This document shows positions 44,010 to 54,955 of a DNA stretch of 58,658 nt, in pieces (positions within the stretch are counted from its first letter, which is position 1; each line of letters begins with the position of its first letter). This DNA is from Gammaproteobacteria bacterium (lineage in GTDB: Bacteria > Pseudomonadota > Gammaproteobacteria > SZUA-229). The stretch spans positions 1 to 58,658 of the forward strand of contig JAPHQX010000041.1 in assembly GCA_026196035.1 (NCBI GenBank), given 5' to 3'. The translations under genes were made by a program, and so were the position numbers. The notes beneath the pieces are model-generated. The model saw only the letters and a list, made by a program, of their open reading frames with translations. It was not told where the DNA came from and ran no database searches.

Positions 44010-47000
44010 ATGCATTATTTTCGTGGATCCCCCGCGCTTTCTACATTCCGTATTGAAAAGCTACTTAAACAGTTAAATCAACATCTGGAATCTATTGAAG
44101 CTATTCATAGTGAATATGTGCATTTTGCCGATATTGATGGCGAACTAAGTTCTGATCAGCGGCAAACTCTGGACAGATTACTGACTTACGGGCCTGCTTT
44201 TAAGTCTGAGACTATGGACGGCGAGTTATTTCTGGTCACCCCACGGCCCGGGACGATCTCACCCTGGTCATCTAAAGCCACAGACATTGCCCATAACTGT
44301 GGCCTCAATAATATCCTACGTCTGGAACGGGGCGTAGCTTATTATATTCAGTTAAAAGCTAACACACGCTTATCTGATGCTGATACCCGGATCCTCTATT
44401 CATTAATACATGATCGTATGACAGAAATAGTGATGCGAGATTTTAATGAAGCGGGTTGTTTGTTTGCTCATACCAGCCCGGAAAAAGGTCAGCATGTTGA
44501 TATTTTGGCCGGTGGTCGTGACGCCCTGGTCGAAGCCAATCAGACGCTTGGTCTGGCTATGTCTGACGATGAGATCGATTATCTGTTTGAATATTTTACT
44601 TCAGCCGATCGTAACCCCCGAGATGCAGAATTAATGATGTTTGCTCAGGCCAACTCCGAGCATTGTCGTCATAAAATATTCAATGCCGACTGGATTATTG
44701 ATGGTAAGGCTCAGGATATATCCCTGTTTGGCATGATTCGGAATACTTATAACAAATCACCTGACAACATTCTGAGTGCCTATCATGATAATTCTTCCGT
44801 CATTAATGGTTCTCAGGCAGGGCGTTTTTTTCCTGATGTTGAAACCGGCGAATATAGCTATCATCAGGAAGAAATGCCCATTCTGATGAAGGTTGAAACC
44901 CACAATCATCCCACTGCCATATCACCTTTCCCTGGAGCAGCCACAGGCTCTGGTGGTGAAATTCGTGATGAAGGTGCTACCGGTCGTGGCTCAAAACCTA
45001 AAGTAGGTTTAAGCGGATTTTCAGTTTCTAATTTAAAAATCCCTGATTTTGTTCAGGCCTGGGAGACGGATCATGGTAAACCTGATCGTATTGTCTCTGC
45101 ACTTGAAATCATGACTGAAGGCCCTCTGGGGGCTGCTGCATTTAATAATGAATTTGGTCGACCGAATATCGCGGGTTATTTTCGTACTTTTGAAGAAAAA
45201 GTGCCGGCTCATGAAGGTGAAGAAATTCGTGGCTACCATAAACCGATTATGCTGGCCGGGGGTTACGGCAATATACGTAAGCAACACATAGACATGATAC
45301 CCATGCCAGTTGGCACTTCAATTGTAGTGCTCGGTGGACCTGCCATGCTGATTGGTTTAGGGGGTGGCGCTGCCTCATCTATGACCAGTGGTAGCAGCGC
45401 AGAAGACCTGGATTTTGCCTCTGTACAACGGGGCAACCCTGAAATGGAACGTCGTTGCCAGGAAGTCATTGATCGCTGCTGGGCACAGGATGAGGCTAAT
45501 CCTATTGTCTGGATTCATGATGTGGGCGCCGGTGGTTTATCCAATGCCTTACCTGAGCTGGTCAATGATGGTGGTCGTGGTGCTGAGTTTGAATTGCGTG
45601 AAGTACATATCGATGAACCGGGTATGACGCCGATGGAAATCTGGAGTAATGAATCTCAGGAACGTTATGTACTGGCCATCGATACCAGTAAGCTGGAGGC
45701 ATTTAAAACCTTATGTGAGCGTGAGCGTTGTCCTTATGCGGTACTGGGTCAGACGACAGAAGCCATGGATTTAAAAGTCCATGATAATCATTTTGATGAT
45801 TATCCGGTTGATATGCCACTGGATGTTCTGTTAGGTAAACCACCTAAAATGTTACGTGATGTTCACCATGTAACCATTAAACAAAAACCATTTAATAGCA
45901 CTGAAATAAATTTAGATGATGCGGTAAACCGTGTTTTAAGATTACCTACGGTCGCCAATAAAACCTTCCTGATTACCATAGGTGACCGATCGGTCACCGG
46001 GCAAATTGTTCGTGATCAAATGGTCGGGCCATGGCAGGTGCCGGTAGCCGATGTTGCGGTGACGACCAGTTCATTTGATGTGTATTCAGGTGAAGCTATG
46101 GCCATGGGTGAAAGAACACCCGTCGCATTACTTGATGCAGCGGCATCAGGACGAATGGCGGTTGCAGAGTCCATTACCAATATTGCGGCCAGTTATATAG
46201 AGAAACTATCTGATATTAAATTATCAGCAAACTGGATGGCACCGGCTGGTCATCCGGGTGAAGATGCGCTTTTATTTGATACCGTTAAAGCGGTGGGAAT
46301 GGAGTTATGCCCGGAGCTGGGCATAGCGATTCCTGTCGGTAAAGATTCTATGTCAATGAAAACGGTCTGGGAGCAGGATGGTTCACCACGATCAGTTACT
46401 GCACCATTATCCTTAATAATATCTGCATTTGCACCCGTGATGGATGTTAGAAAAACCCTAACCCCACAGTTACGCACAGATTGCGGTGATACTTCATTGT
46501 TATTAATTGATCTTGGTCTGAGAAAAAATAGACTGGGTGGTTCTGCAATCGCACAGGTTTATAAACAGATTGGTACAACACCCGCAGATCTTGATAATGC
46601 TGATTTACTGGTTAAGTTTTTTAATACCATTCAATTGCTCAATAAACAGGACAAGTTACTGGCCTATCATGATCGTTCAGATGGCGGCCTGTTGGTTACT
46701 ATGTGTGAAATGGCATTTGCTGGACATACTGGTATAAATGTCCAGATCGATGGCCTCGGCGATGATCTGATAAAAATTCTGTTTAATGAAGAGCTGGGTG
46801 CTGTAATTCAAATTAAATCATCGGATACCGATTATGTTATTAGTCAGTTCATCGATGCGGGCCTTGCCGATGCTTGTCATCTGTTAGGCAAATTAAATAA
46901 TGAAGATAGCATTAATATTCAACGTAATACCGAGGAAGTATTTTCAAGATCAAGAACCGAATTACAACGTATCTGGTCGGAAACTACTTTTCAGATGCAA

Positions 47001-47897
47001 TCACTGCGCGATAATCCTGAGTGTGCGCAACAGGAATTTGATGCATTACTTAATGAGAAAGACCCTGGTATCAACATAAATCTGACTTTTGATATCAATG
47101 AAAATATCTCAGCACCTTATATTAATAAAGGTGAATTACCCGCAATGGCTATCCTGCGCGAGCAGGGCGTTAATGGACAGATAGAAATGGCGGCAGCATT
47201 CGATAGAGCAGGTTTTAAATCTATTGATGTTCATATGAGTGATATTTTATCAGGACGCATTTCTTTAAAAGATTTCAAAGGCATGGTTGCCTGTGGTGGT
47301 TTTTCATACGGTGATGTTTTGGGTGCCGGTGAAGGCTGGGCAAAAACAATTCTGTTTAATTCAAAAGCCCGTGATGAATTCGAAAACTTCTTTAATCGTG
47401 AAGATAGTTTTAGTCTGGGTGTATGTAATGGCTGTCAGATGATGGCCAATCTTAAAGGTCTAATACCGGGCGCTGAAAACTGGCCACATTTTGTACGCAA
47501 TAACTCTGAACAGTTCGAAGCCCGATTTAGTCTGGTAGAAATCATGGATTCGCCATCGATTATGTTAAGAAACATGGCTGGTTCACGTATGCCTATTGCC
47601 GTAGCACATGGAGAGGGCCTGGCTGAATTTAAAACAACAGAGCAAATTGCAAATAGTCATTCTACATTACGTTATTTAAATAATCTTGCTGAAGCAACAG
47701 AAGTCTATCCATTTAACCCTAATGGGTCCCCTCAGGGATTAACCGGTTTTACAACCACTGATGGTCGGGCAACGATTATGATGCCACATCCGGAAAGAGT
47801 ATTTCGATCTGTACAAAATTCCTGGCATCCAGATGACTGGCAGGAAGATAGCCCATGGATGAGAATGTTTAGAAATGCACGAGTCTGGGTCGATTAA
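44010..47897 (+). CDS. purL: Phosphoribosylformylglycinamidine synthase (large type)
   Basis: [32 protein letters not shown]. Confidence 0.98.
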   Translation: MHYFRGSPALSTFRIEKLLKQLNQHLESIEAIHSEYVHFADIDGELSSDQRQTLDRLLTYGPAFKSETMDGELFLVTPRPGTISPWSSKATDIAHNCGLNNILRLERGVAYYIQLKANTRLSDADTRILYSLIHDRMTEIVMRDFNEAGCLFAHTSPEKGQHVDILAGGRDALVEANQTLGLAMSDDEIDYLFEYFTSADRNPRDAELMMFAQANSEHCRHKIFNADWIIDGKAQDISLFGMIRNTYNKSPDNILSAYHDNSSVINGSQAGRFFPDVETGEYSYHQEEMPILMKVETHNHPTAISPFPGAATGSGGEIRDEGATGRGSKPKVGLSGFSVSNLKIPDFVQAWETDHGKPDRIVSALEIMTEGPLGAAAFNNEFGRPNIAGYFRTFEEKVPAHEGEEIRGYHKPIMLAGGYGNIRKQHIDMIPMPVGTSIVVLGGPAMLIGLGGGAASSMTSGSSAEDLDFASVQRGNPEMERRCQEVIDRCWAQDEANPIVWIHDVGAGGLSNALPELVNDGGRGAEFELREVHIDEPGMTPMEIWSNESQERYVLAIDTSKLEAFKTLCERERCPYAVLGQTTEAMDLKVHDNHFDDYPVDMPLDVLLGKPPKMLRDVHHVTIKQKPFNSTEINLDDAVNRVLRLPTVANKTFLITIGDRSVTGQIVRDQMVGPWQVPVADVAVTTSSFDVYSGEAMAMGERTPVALLDAAASGRMAVAESITNIAASYIEKLSDIKLSANWMAPAGHPGEDALLFDTVKAVGMELCPELGIAIPVGKDSMSMKTVWEQDGSPRSVTAPLSLIISAFAPVMDVRKTLTPQLRTDCGDTSLLLIDLGLRKNRLGGSAIAQVYKQIGTTPADLDNADLLVKFFNTIQLLNKQDKLLAYHDRSDGGLLVTMCEMAFAGHTGINVQIDGLGDDLIKILFNEELGAVIQIKSSDTDYVISQFIDAGLADACHLLGKLNNEDSINIQRNTEEVFSRSRTELQRIWSETTFQMQSLRDNPECAQQEFDALLNEKDPGININLTFDINENISAPYINKGELPAMAILREQGVNGQIEMAAAFDRAGFKSIDVHMSDILSGRISLKDFKGMVACGGFSYGDVLGAGEGWAKTILFNSKARDEFENFFNREDSFSLGVCNGCQMMANLKGLIPGAENWPHFVRNNSEQFEARFSLVEIMDSPSIMLRNMAGSRMPIAVAHGEGLAEFKTTEQIANSHSTLRYLNNLAEATEVYPFNPNGSPQGLTGFTTTDGRATIMMPHPERVFRSVQNSWHPDDWQEDSPWMRMFRNARVWVD

Positions 47898-48192
47898 TGA
47901 TTGGGGACAAAAATAACATGCATAGCAAGATGGGAGCTATATTGCTTTTGGTACGTCATTACGTAAATGCGTAGTTTCATCAATAGAAGCTCACATTAAT
48001 GATGCCTTAAATCAAAATGTTCTTGAGTTGGGTTTCGGACGATTTTTCCCTGGAAAAAACTGGTTCAACGTGCCGGTGGTGTCTGGATCGGATTATCAAC
48101 CTCTGGAAAGATATGCGTCATATCCTAAGTTATACAGTGAGTGGGATGTAGAAATTGAAAATTATGACGCTGATCAGCGTGGAAAAAATTAA
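47897..48192 (+). pseudogene. Degraded class I SAM-dependent methyltransferase remnant
   Basis: Stop-free frame 47926-48192 has no ATG and contains NVLELGFG (motif I-like). An alternative frame continues KKLVQRAGGVWIGL. Confidence 0.45.
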
Positions 48193-48304
48193 AGACCAGC
48201 CAATCTGGGTATTTGTTATAACTGCCGAGAAAAAATAATTAAATTACGGTCACATGCTTCAAACGGGTGATTTAAGTACTGTGTGTATTTAAATCCTAAT
48301 AAAT

Positions 48305-48330
48305 GGAACCTGATAAATAAATTATGGTCT
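48305..48330 (+). promoter_or_regulatory. Putative ECF-sigma (RpoE-type) promoter of msrPQ
   Basis: GGAACC-N16-GTCT, ending 31 bp before the msrP ATG. Confidence 0.5.
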
Positions 48331-48361
48331 TTAAATAAACTCATACATCAGGTTCCTCCCC

Positions 48362-49321
48362 ATGCCCATTATCATTAAGTCGTCAAGCGATATAAAACCT
48401 TCAGAAATTACTTCAGAGTCTGACTATCATAATCGTCGACAGTTTATTAAAAAGTCTGCTGTTCTTCTTGGCGCTGCATGGGCAGGACGTATAGCCATGC
48501 CTGCTAATGCAAAAGGCAGTGATTTTCCTGATGCCATTCATGGGCGGCATACTACGGAGGAACCGATCAATAGTTTTGAAGAAATTACGACTTATAACAA
48601 TTTCTATGAGTTTGGTACCAGTAAATCAGACCCTGCTAATAATGCTGTTGATTTCAATCCACATCCCTGGTCAATTGCAGTAGAAGGCGAGGTTGCTAAA
48701 CCAGGAATATTCAATCTTGAAGATTTTATCAAGCCTTATCAACTGGAAGAACGCACTTATCGCTTCCGATGCGTAGAAGGCTGGTCTATGGTGATTCCAT
48801 GGGTCGGCTTCTCCCTTGCGGATATGATTAAACACTTTGAGCCAACGTCCCGTGCCAAATATATTGAGTTCACAACACTCTATGATCCGGAACGTATGCC
48901 GGGTCAGAAAAGACGTGTGCTGCACTGGCCATACACCGAAGGGCTGAGAATAGATGAAGCAATGAATCCCTTATCACTCATGGCCGTCGGCCTGTATGGT
49001 AAAACCATGCCTAATCAGAATGGTGCACCCATCAGACTGGTTGTGCCCTGGAAATACGGTTTCAAGAGCATTAAGTCCATTGTTAAAATTCGATTTACTG
49101 AAACAGAACCCGTATGCACCTGGAATAAAACAGCGCCAGCGGAATATGGTTTTTACTCAAATGTTAACCCGAATGTTGATCACCCCAGATGGAGTCAGGG
49201 GACCGAACGTCGAATAGGCGCCCCATTCTGGCAACCTAAGATAAAAACCCGTTTATTTAATGGCTATGCTGACCAGGTAGCTAGCCTGTATACAGGTATG
49301 GACTTAAGTAAATATTTTTAA
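48362..49321 (+). CDS. msrP: Periplasmic methionine sulfoxide reductase, molybdo-catalytic subunit
   Basis: Tat signal [33 protein letters not shown]. Confidence 0.96.
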   Translation: MPIIIKSSSDIKPSEITSESDYHNRRQFIKKSAVLLGAAWAGRIAMPANAKGSDFPDAIHGRHTTEEPINSFEEITTYNNFYEFGTSKSDPANNAVDFNPHPWSIAVEGEVAKPGIFNLEDFIKPYQLEERTYRFRCVEGWSMVIPWVGFSLADMIKHFEPTSRAKYIEFTTLYDPERMPGQKRRVLHWPYTEGLRIDEAMNPLSLMAVGLYGKTMPNQNGAPIRLVVPWKYGFKSIKSIVKIRFTETEPVCTWNKTAPAEYGFYSNVNPNVDHPRWSQGTERRIGAPFWQPKIKTRLFNGYADQVASLYTGMDLSKYF

Positions 49322-49325
49322 TCAC

Positions 49326-49895
49326 ATGAAATACTGGCGTTTTATTGTTTTCAGTCTTTGCCTGATCCCGTTTTTGCTGACCTTATATGGTGCCTTTAAT
49401 AATGCACTAGGTGTAAATCCAGTTGAAACCATGAACCGGAGAATGGGGGACTGGGCATTATATTTTTTATTGATAACTTTATCCGTTACGCCCTTAAAGC
49501 AGCTATTTGGCTGGTTTAAATTATTACAGTTCAGACGAATGCTCGGTTTATATGCGTTTTTCTATGCCTGTGTACATTTTTTAACCTTCATCTGGTTTGA
49601 TCATTATTTTAACTGGCTCGAAATAATAGAAGATATTATCAAAAGACCCTTCATTACGATTGGCTTTATATCCCTTGTTTTACTATTTCCATTAGCTTTG
49701 ACTTCAAATAAATTCATGATAAAAAAGCTAAAAAAGAACTGGTTACGGTTACACCAGTCTATTTATTTAATTGCAATCCTGGTCATTATCCATTTTTTCT
49801 GGATGGTTAAGGCCGATTATTACCAACCTCTAATATTCGCTATAATACTGGGTCTGTTACTGGGTTACAGGTTATTAAAGCTATATAAAAAATAA
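49326..49895 (+). CDS. msrQ: MsrQ heme-binding membrane subunit
   Basis: RRMLGL, YACVH, KRPFITIG, W.RLH..IY; follows msrP. Confidence 0.95.
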   Translation: MKYWRFIVFSLCLIPFLLTLYGAFNNALGVNPVETMNRRMGDWALYFLLITLSVTPLKQLFGWFKLLQFRRMLGLYAFFYACVHFLTFIWFDHYFNWLEIIEDIIKRPFITIGFISLVLLFPLALTSNKFMIKKLKKNWLRLHQSIYLIAILVIIHFFWMVKADYYQPLIFAIILGLLLGYRLLKLYKK

Positions 49896-50077
49896 AAAAT
49901 TATGACATTAGGCAATAAACTGATATTATTAGACTTTCAAAATAATAAACCCTTAATAAATATAATAAAAAACGGTTTTATCAATAGTACTTCTATACGG
50001 ATTTAAAATTCAGCGGAATATCCTGTAACTGATAATTAAAGTTAAAACATATTTTTTGTTTAAGAGGTAGTTTCCGA

Positions 50078-51829
50078 ATGTCTATATCAAGACGTGAGTT
50101 TTTACAGTTAATGAGCCTGGCCGGTGCTTCAGGTTTATTGCCCGGTTCAGTTTTTGCGATGAATCGCAAACCTTCAGATTTGTATGAAATACCAAAGTTC
50201 GGAAATGTTTCACTGATGCATTTTACCGATTGTCATGCACAACTCTTACCCATTTATTTTCGCGAACCTAATGTCAACATTGGACTCGGTGATGCCTATG
50301 GTAAACCTCCTCATATTGTTGGAAATAATTTTCTGAAACATTTTGAGATTCCTGCTAATAGCATTCAGGCTCATGCCTTTACCTATCTCAATTTTGATGA
50401 GGCATCCAGACAGTATGGAAAAGTCGGTGGCTTTGCTCATCTGGCGAGTCTGGTTAAAAAAGTGCGTGCAGAACGGGGCGAAAACAATTGTCTATTACTT
50501 GATGGTGGAGACACCTGGCAAGGTTCGGCTACCGCACTATGGACACGAGGGCAGGATATGGTAGGTGCCTGTAATCAGTTAGGTGTTGACCTGATGACAG
50601 GGCACTGGGAATTTACTTACAAAGATAAAGAAGTACTTAAGAATATTGAAGCCTTCAAAGGCGAGTTTCTTGCACAGAATGTTACTGTAAAAGAAGAAGC
50701 GCTATTTGGTGGTGCCCCTGCATTTGATGAAGATACCGGCCATGCTTTTAAGCCTTACAGTATTAAAACAATAGGTGGTGCCCGAGTTGCGGTTATTGGT
50801 CAGGCATTCCCCTATACACCTATCGCCAATCCAGGTCGTTTTATTCCTGACTGGAGTTTCGGGATTAACGATTCTGCAATGCAGAAAATTGTTGATAAAA
50901 TTCGTGATACAGAAAAACCGGATATTGTTGTCGTGCTTTCCCATAATGGCATGGACGTAGACCTTAAGATGGCATCACGTGTGACAGGTATCGATGTTAT
51001 TTTTGGCGGTCATACTCATGATGCAATGCCCAGGCCTTCACTTGTAAAAAACAAAGCAGGTAAAACACTGGTTACTAATTCTGGCTCTAATGGTAAATAT
51101 CTTGCAGTCATGGATTTCGATGTGCGTGGCGGGAAGATTCGTGACTATCGCTACCGGTTACTTCCTGTGTTTTCAAATATGCTAGAAGCCGATGCAGAAA
51201 TGCAAACGTACATAGATAAAGTACGAAAACCTTATCTTGATACGCTAACTGAAAAACTGGGTACAGCTGATGAGATACTTTATCGTCGTGGAAACTTTAA
51301 CGGGACTTTTGATCAGGTCATCTGTGATGCTTTAAGAGCTGAAAGTGATGCACAAATTTCTTTATCGCCGGGTTTCCGTTGGGGCACCAGTGTTTTACCA
51401 GGCCAACCCATTACTATGGAACATGTAATGGATCAAACGGCAACCACATATCCTGAAACCTATGTTCGAGAGATGAAAGGTGAGGATATTAAAAATATTC
51501 TTGAAGATGTTTGTGACAACCTGTTTAACAAAGACCCCTATTATCAGCAGGGAGGGGATATGGTTCGTCTCGGCGGTATGGACTATGTGCTTGATCCAAA
51601 TAAAACCTTTGGTAAGCGTATCAGTGATATGACTCTGGATAACGGAAAAAAAATCGATGCCAATAAAACATATAAAGTTGCAGGCTGGGCAACTGTGAAT
51701 TCACAGGCAGAGGGAAGACCCATCTGGGATGTAACCGCTGATTACATTCGCTCTAATAGTCAGCTGAAAATTAAAAAGCTGAATACACCCAGGTTAGTCA
51801 ATGTAAAAGGCAATCCCGGGATTGGTTAA
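50078..51829 (+). CDS. soxB: Thiosulfohydrolase SoxB
   Basis: Tat signal SRREFLQ, HFTDCHAQL.P.YFREP, DGGDTWQGS, GHWEF, GGHTHD, SPGFRWG, DPYYQQGGDM. Confidence 0.95.
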   Translation: MSISRREFLQLMSLAGASGLLPGSVFAMNRKPSDLYEIPKFGNVSLMHFTDCHAQLLPIYFREPNVNIGLGDAYGKPPHIVGNNFLKHFEIPANSIQAHAFTYLNFDEASRQYGKVGGFAHLASLVKKVRAERGENNCLLLDGGDTWQGSATALWTRGQDMVGACNQLGVDLMTGHWEFTYKDKEVLKNIEAFKGEFLAQNVTVKEEALFGGAPAFDEDTGHAFKPYSIKTIGGARVAVIGQAFPYTPIANPGRFIPDWSFGINDSAMQKIVDKIRDTEKPDIVVVLSHNGMDVDLKMASRVTGIDVIFGGHTHDAMPRPSLVKNKAGKTLVTNSGSNGKYLAVMDFDVRGGKIRDYRYRLLPVFSNMLEADAEMQTYIDKVRKPYLDTLTEKLGTADEILYRRGNFNGTFDQVICDALRAESDAQISLSPGFRWGTSVLPGQPITMEHVMDQTATTYPETYVREMKGEDIKNILEDVCDNLFNKDPYYQQGGDMVRLGGMDYVLDPNKTFGKRISDMTLDNGKKIDANKTYKVAGWATVNSQAEGRPIWDVTADYIRSNSQLKIKKLNTPRLVNVKGNPGIG

Positions 51830-51852
51830 TAAGATGTTAACCTATGATTAAT

Positions 51853-51877
51853 AAAAAGCCCCTTGAAGGGGCTTTTT
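51853..51877 (+). terminator. Rho-independent terminator after soxB
   Basis: AAAAAGCCCCTT-G-AAGGGGCTTTTT dyad. Confidence 0.88.
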
Positions 51878-52015
51878 ATTATAAAATAATTTAAAATATA
51901 ATTATTTAGTAGTTTAATCTTGATCTGAGGAAACCATTCAAAGCTTCGGGTATGGCCTGGCAACATTTGTATAAAGCGAGTCTCTTTAGCAACCTTTAAG
52001 ACTATTGCTTGATAT

Positions 52016-52209
52016 AAAAGAAAACGCAAATGAACGCAAGCAACGCAAATTAAGATTTATTATTTTATGCTCATCCTGAGCATAGGTAAATAAACTGTTA
52101 CCTGATGTTTAAGATCCTCCTACTGCATTCAGAATGACAAGTAACTATTAACATGAATTTATTATTTGTATAAATTTGCGTTTATTAGCGTTCATTTGCG
52201 TTTTCTTTT
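52016..52209. repeat. Non-coding element with long terminal inverted repeats and nested hairpins (REP/MITE-like)
   Basis: Perfect 22-bp inverted repeat AAAAGAAAACGCAAATGAACGC (52016-52037 and 52188-52209), extending imperfectly to about 36 bp. Confidence 0.75.
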
Positions 52210-52280
52210 GAGATTTTCTATTTCTGCAATGGTTGAATTTAAATCTTACCAACTGTCAGATTAAATCTGCTCCAGTATCG

Positions 52281-53159
52281 CTAATCAATGTATCTTTTTA
52301 GAATGTCTTTATAGTTATCTATACGACGGTCTCTCAAATAAGGCCAGACACGTCTTACTTTTTCAGTTTGATTAAAATCAATGTCCGCATAAATTATTTC
52401 CGCTTTATCATTGCTCGCCTGACTGATGACTTCACCCTGTGGTCCAGCAATAAAACTATTTCCCCAGAAATTAATACCTGTAGATGAATCCGCTGCTTCT
52501 ACTTCAAACCCCGTACGATTACACGAAGCCATATACAGCCCATTACTCACCGCATGACTACGTTGAATGGTTATCCAGGCATTTAGCTGACGTTGCTGCT
52601 CTGCATCATCATCGTTTAAATCCCAGCCAATAGCTGTCGGGTAGAGAAGAATATCAGCCCCTTTTAAGGCCATAATTCTTGCCGCTTCCGGGTACCATTG
52701 ATCCCAGCAAATCAGTACACCCAGTTTACCTATGGATGTTGTAATTGGCTCAAACCCCAGATCACCAGGCGTAAAATAATATTTTTCATAAAAGCCCGGG
52801 TCATCGGGTATATGCATCTTTCGATACTTTCCCGCAATACTGCCATCAGTATCAAGAACCACAGCCGTGTTGTGATACAGACCTTTGGCTCTTTTTTCAA
52901 ATAATGAAGTTACAATCACCAGATTATATTGTTTGGCAAGTTGACTATAATGTTCAGTACTCGAACCTGGAATGGTTTCTGCCAGGTCAAAATTATCAGT
53001 GACTTCCTGCTGACAGAAGTAAACACTGTTGTGGAGTTCCTGAAGCAGAATAAGATTAGCACCAGCCTGGGCAGCAACTTCTATCTGCTTGCTGATGAGA
53101 TTAATATTTTCAGCGATATCGAGCTGACATTTATGTTGTATTAGGGCTAATTTAATCAT
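52281..53159 (-). CDS. aguB: N-carbamoylputrescine amidase (nitrilase family)
   Basis: QELH, YRKMHIPDDPGFYEKYYF, ICWDQWYPE. ATGA overlap with aguA. Confidence 0.9.
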   Translation of the reverse strand: MIKLALIQHKCQLDIAENINLISKQIEVAAQAGANLILLQELHNSVYFCQQEVTDNFDLAETIPGSSTEHYSQLAKQYNLVIVTSLFEKRAKGLYHNTAVVLDTDGSIAGKYRKMHIPDDPGFYEKYYFTPGDLGFEPITTSIGKLGVLICWDQWYPEAARIMALKGADILLYPTAIGWDLNDDDAEQQRQLNAWITIQRSHAVSNGLYMASCNRTGFEVEAADSSTGINFWGNSFIAGPQGEVISQASNDKAEIIYADIDFNQTEKVRRVWPYLRDRRIDNYKDILKRYID

Positions 53160-54196
53160 TCTACCAGTGCACCAGCGGGTAGTTGCATAGTCAGACAATG
53201 AAGGCTGCCATACTGTTTAATTATCGGCAAGCAATTAATGCCAATCACTTCTCTGTCTGTAAATATAGCTGAAAGTTTTTCTAAAATTAATTCATCCTGA
53301 GGATCATTATAAACAGGTACCAGTACAGCCTTGTTAATAATTAGAAAGTTAGCATAGGTCGCAGGTAGTCTATTACCATCATCATAAATAGCATCAGGAA
53401 GGGGCAGGTCTATTAAATGATAAGCGTCACCCTTTGTATTCTTCATTTCCCTGAGTTCAGCCTCCATTGCTTTTAAAGCCGGGTAATGTTCATCGTCAGG
53501 CTTGCAACTACAGTAAGCAATGGTCGTTTGATTACAAAATCGGGCTAAGGTATCAATATGACTATCAGTATCATCACCCGCCAGGTGACCATGCTTTAAC
53601 CAGAGAATATTTTCAGTGCCAAAATATTGTTGTAATTTTTTATTCCAGGTCTCAATGGAAAAGTCCGGGTTGCGACTGGCCGATAATAAACAGTTTTCTG
53701 TGGTTAATAATGAGCCATTACCATCGGTTTCAATGCTGCCACCTTCGAGAACAAATGGAACATCTACAAGCTCGCTGGAAAAAATCGATGTCGTGGCCAG
53801 TGTCTGATTAATAGCATTATCAAAACTCGATTTATATTTATTTCCCCAGCCATTAAACTGAAAATTCAGTAACCTTAATCCATTTGCACTATTTACAGTA
53901 ATCGGTCCATGATCACGTGCCCAGCTATCATCTGACCGGGCAATGGAAAACTGACATTGTGAAATTATTTCATCTGAATTAATTACTGACTTTATATGTT
54001 GCTGATGTGAAATATCCTGACAGACAATCAGAACTTTTTCCCGGCTACTAATTTCTTTTACTAGTTCTTTATAAACAAGCTCTACATCAGTAAGATTACT
54101 TGCCCAGTCCGTATTTTTATGCGGCCATGTCAGCATGACAGCAGACTGAGCTGCCCATTCAGGCAATAATGTATATTTAGAATTAATATTTGACAT
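53156..54196 (-). CDS. aguA: Agmatine deiminase family protein
   Basis: PEW, WARDHGP, EGGSIE, DDTDSHID, GSLHCLT. Confidence 0.92.
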   Translation of the reverse strand: MSNINSKYTLLPEWAAQSAVMLTWPHKNTDWASNLTDVELVYKELVKEISSREKVLIVCQDISHQQHIKSVINSDEIISQCQFSIARSDDSWARDHGPITVNSANGLRLLNFQFNGWGNKYKSSFDNAINQTLATTSIFSSELVDVPFVLEGGSIETDGNGSLLTTENCLLSASRNPDFSIETWNKKLQQYFGTENILWLKHGHLAGDDTDSHIDTLARFCNQTTIAYCSCKPDDEHYPALKAMEAELREMKNTKGDAYHLIDLPLPDAIYDDGNRLPATYANFLIINKAVLVPVYNDPQDELILEKLSAIFTDREVIGINCLPIIKQYGSLHCLTMQLPAGALVE

Positions 54197-54200
54197 AGCA

Positions 54201-54905
54201 ATGAATTATACCAGTGGATTAACAGAAGCGCGTCTAATTAAACGTTACAAACGTTTTCTAACTGATGTACGTCTGAATGATGGAAATACAATGACAGTCC
54301 ATTGTGCGAATACCGGTGCCATGACCGGTTGCCAGCCTGAAAACGCCCGTGTCTGGCTAACCAAATCAACTAATCTAAAACGTAAGTATCCCTATAGCTG
54401 GGAACTGGTAGAACTGGAAGATAAAGCACTGGCCTGTATTAACACAGGCCTGACCAACAAAATTGCGAAACAGGCCATTGATGAAAATTTAATCTCTGAA
54501 CTGGAAGGTTATTCCAGCTGTCGAACAGAAGTCGTTTATGGTGATGAGAAGAGTCGAATCGATCTGTTATTAACAAAAAATAATGAGTTCTGCTACGTAG
54601 AAGTCAAACATGTCACCCTGAAAATTGCTAATCGACTGGCTGCTTTTCCTGATGCAGTGACTAAACGGGGACAAAAACATCTACGTGAGTTAATATCTCA
54701 GGTTAAGCAGGGGCATAGAGCTGTGATGCTGTTCATTGTTATGCGGACAGATATTGATACTATGGTGCCCGCAGATAGCATTGATCCTGAATACGGCCAG
54801 TTATTAAGACAGGCAGTTGATATAGGTGTTGAAGTGATTGCCTATAGAACCAGCATCAATCTGCAATCCATTAAAATAGATACAGCAATACCCGTAGAAT
54901 TATAA
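54201..54905 (+). CDS. sfsA: SfsA-family DNA/RNA nuclease
   Basis: KRYKRFL, HCANTGAM, SRIDLLL, YVEVK, FPDAVT.RGQKHL.EL. Confidence 0.93.
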   Translation: MNYTSGLTEARLIKRYKRFLTDVRLNDGNTMTVHCANTGAMTGCQPENARVWLTKSTNLKRKYPYSWELVELEDKALACINTGLTNKIAKQAIDENLISELEGYSSCRTEVVYGDEKSRIDLLLTKNNEFCYVEVKHVTLKIANRLAAFPDAVTKRGQKHLRELISQVKQGHRAVMLFIVMRTDIDTMVPADSIDPEYGQLLRQAVDIGVEVIAYRTSINLQSIKIDTAIPVEL

Positions 54906-54955
54906 ATAATACCCAGAATAACTATTATATTAATTGTGTGCTTTAATTTAACACC

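Noticed and set aside
47952-47973. Imperfect dyad TACGTCATTACGTAAATGCGTA after purL
   Set aside because: Weak stem lying inside the putative pseudogene frame; not supportable as a terminator or operator.
51925-51970. GGAAACCATTCAAAG resembling the start of a c-di-GMP-I riboswitch
   Set aside because: The downstream GGGACGCAAAG-type core and second hairpin are missing, and no same-strand gene follows.
51826-52029. 67-aa minus-strand ORF after soxB
   Set aside because: Crosses the terminator and the inverted-repeat arm and has no recognisable motif.
52016-52209. Possible CRISPR array or autonomous IS
   Set aside because: The repeats are inverted rather than regularly spaced direct repeats, and no cas or transposase gene is nearby.
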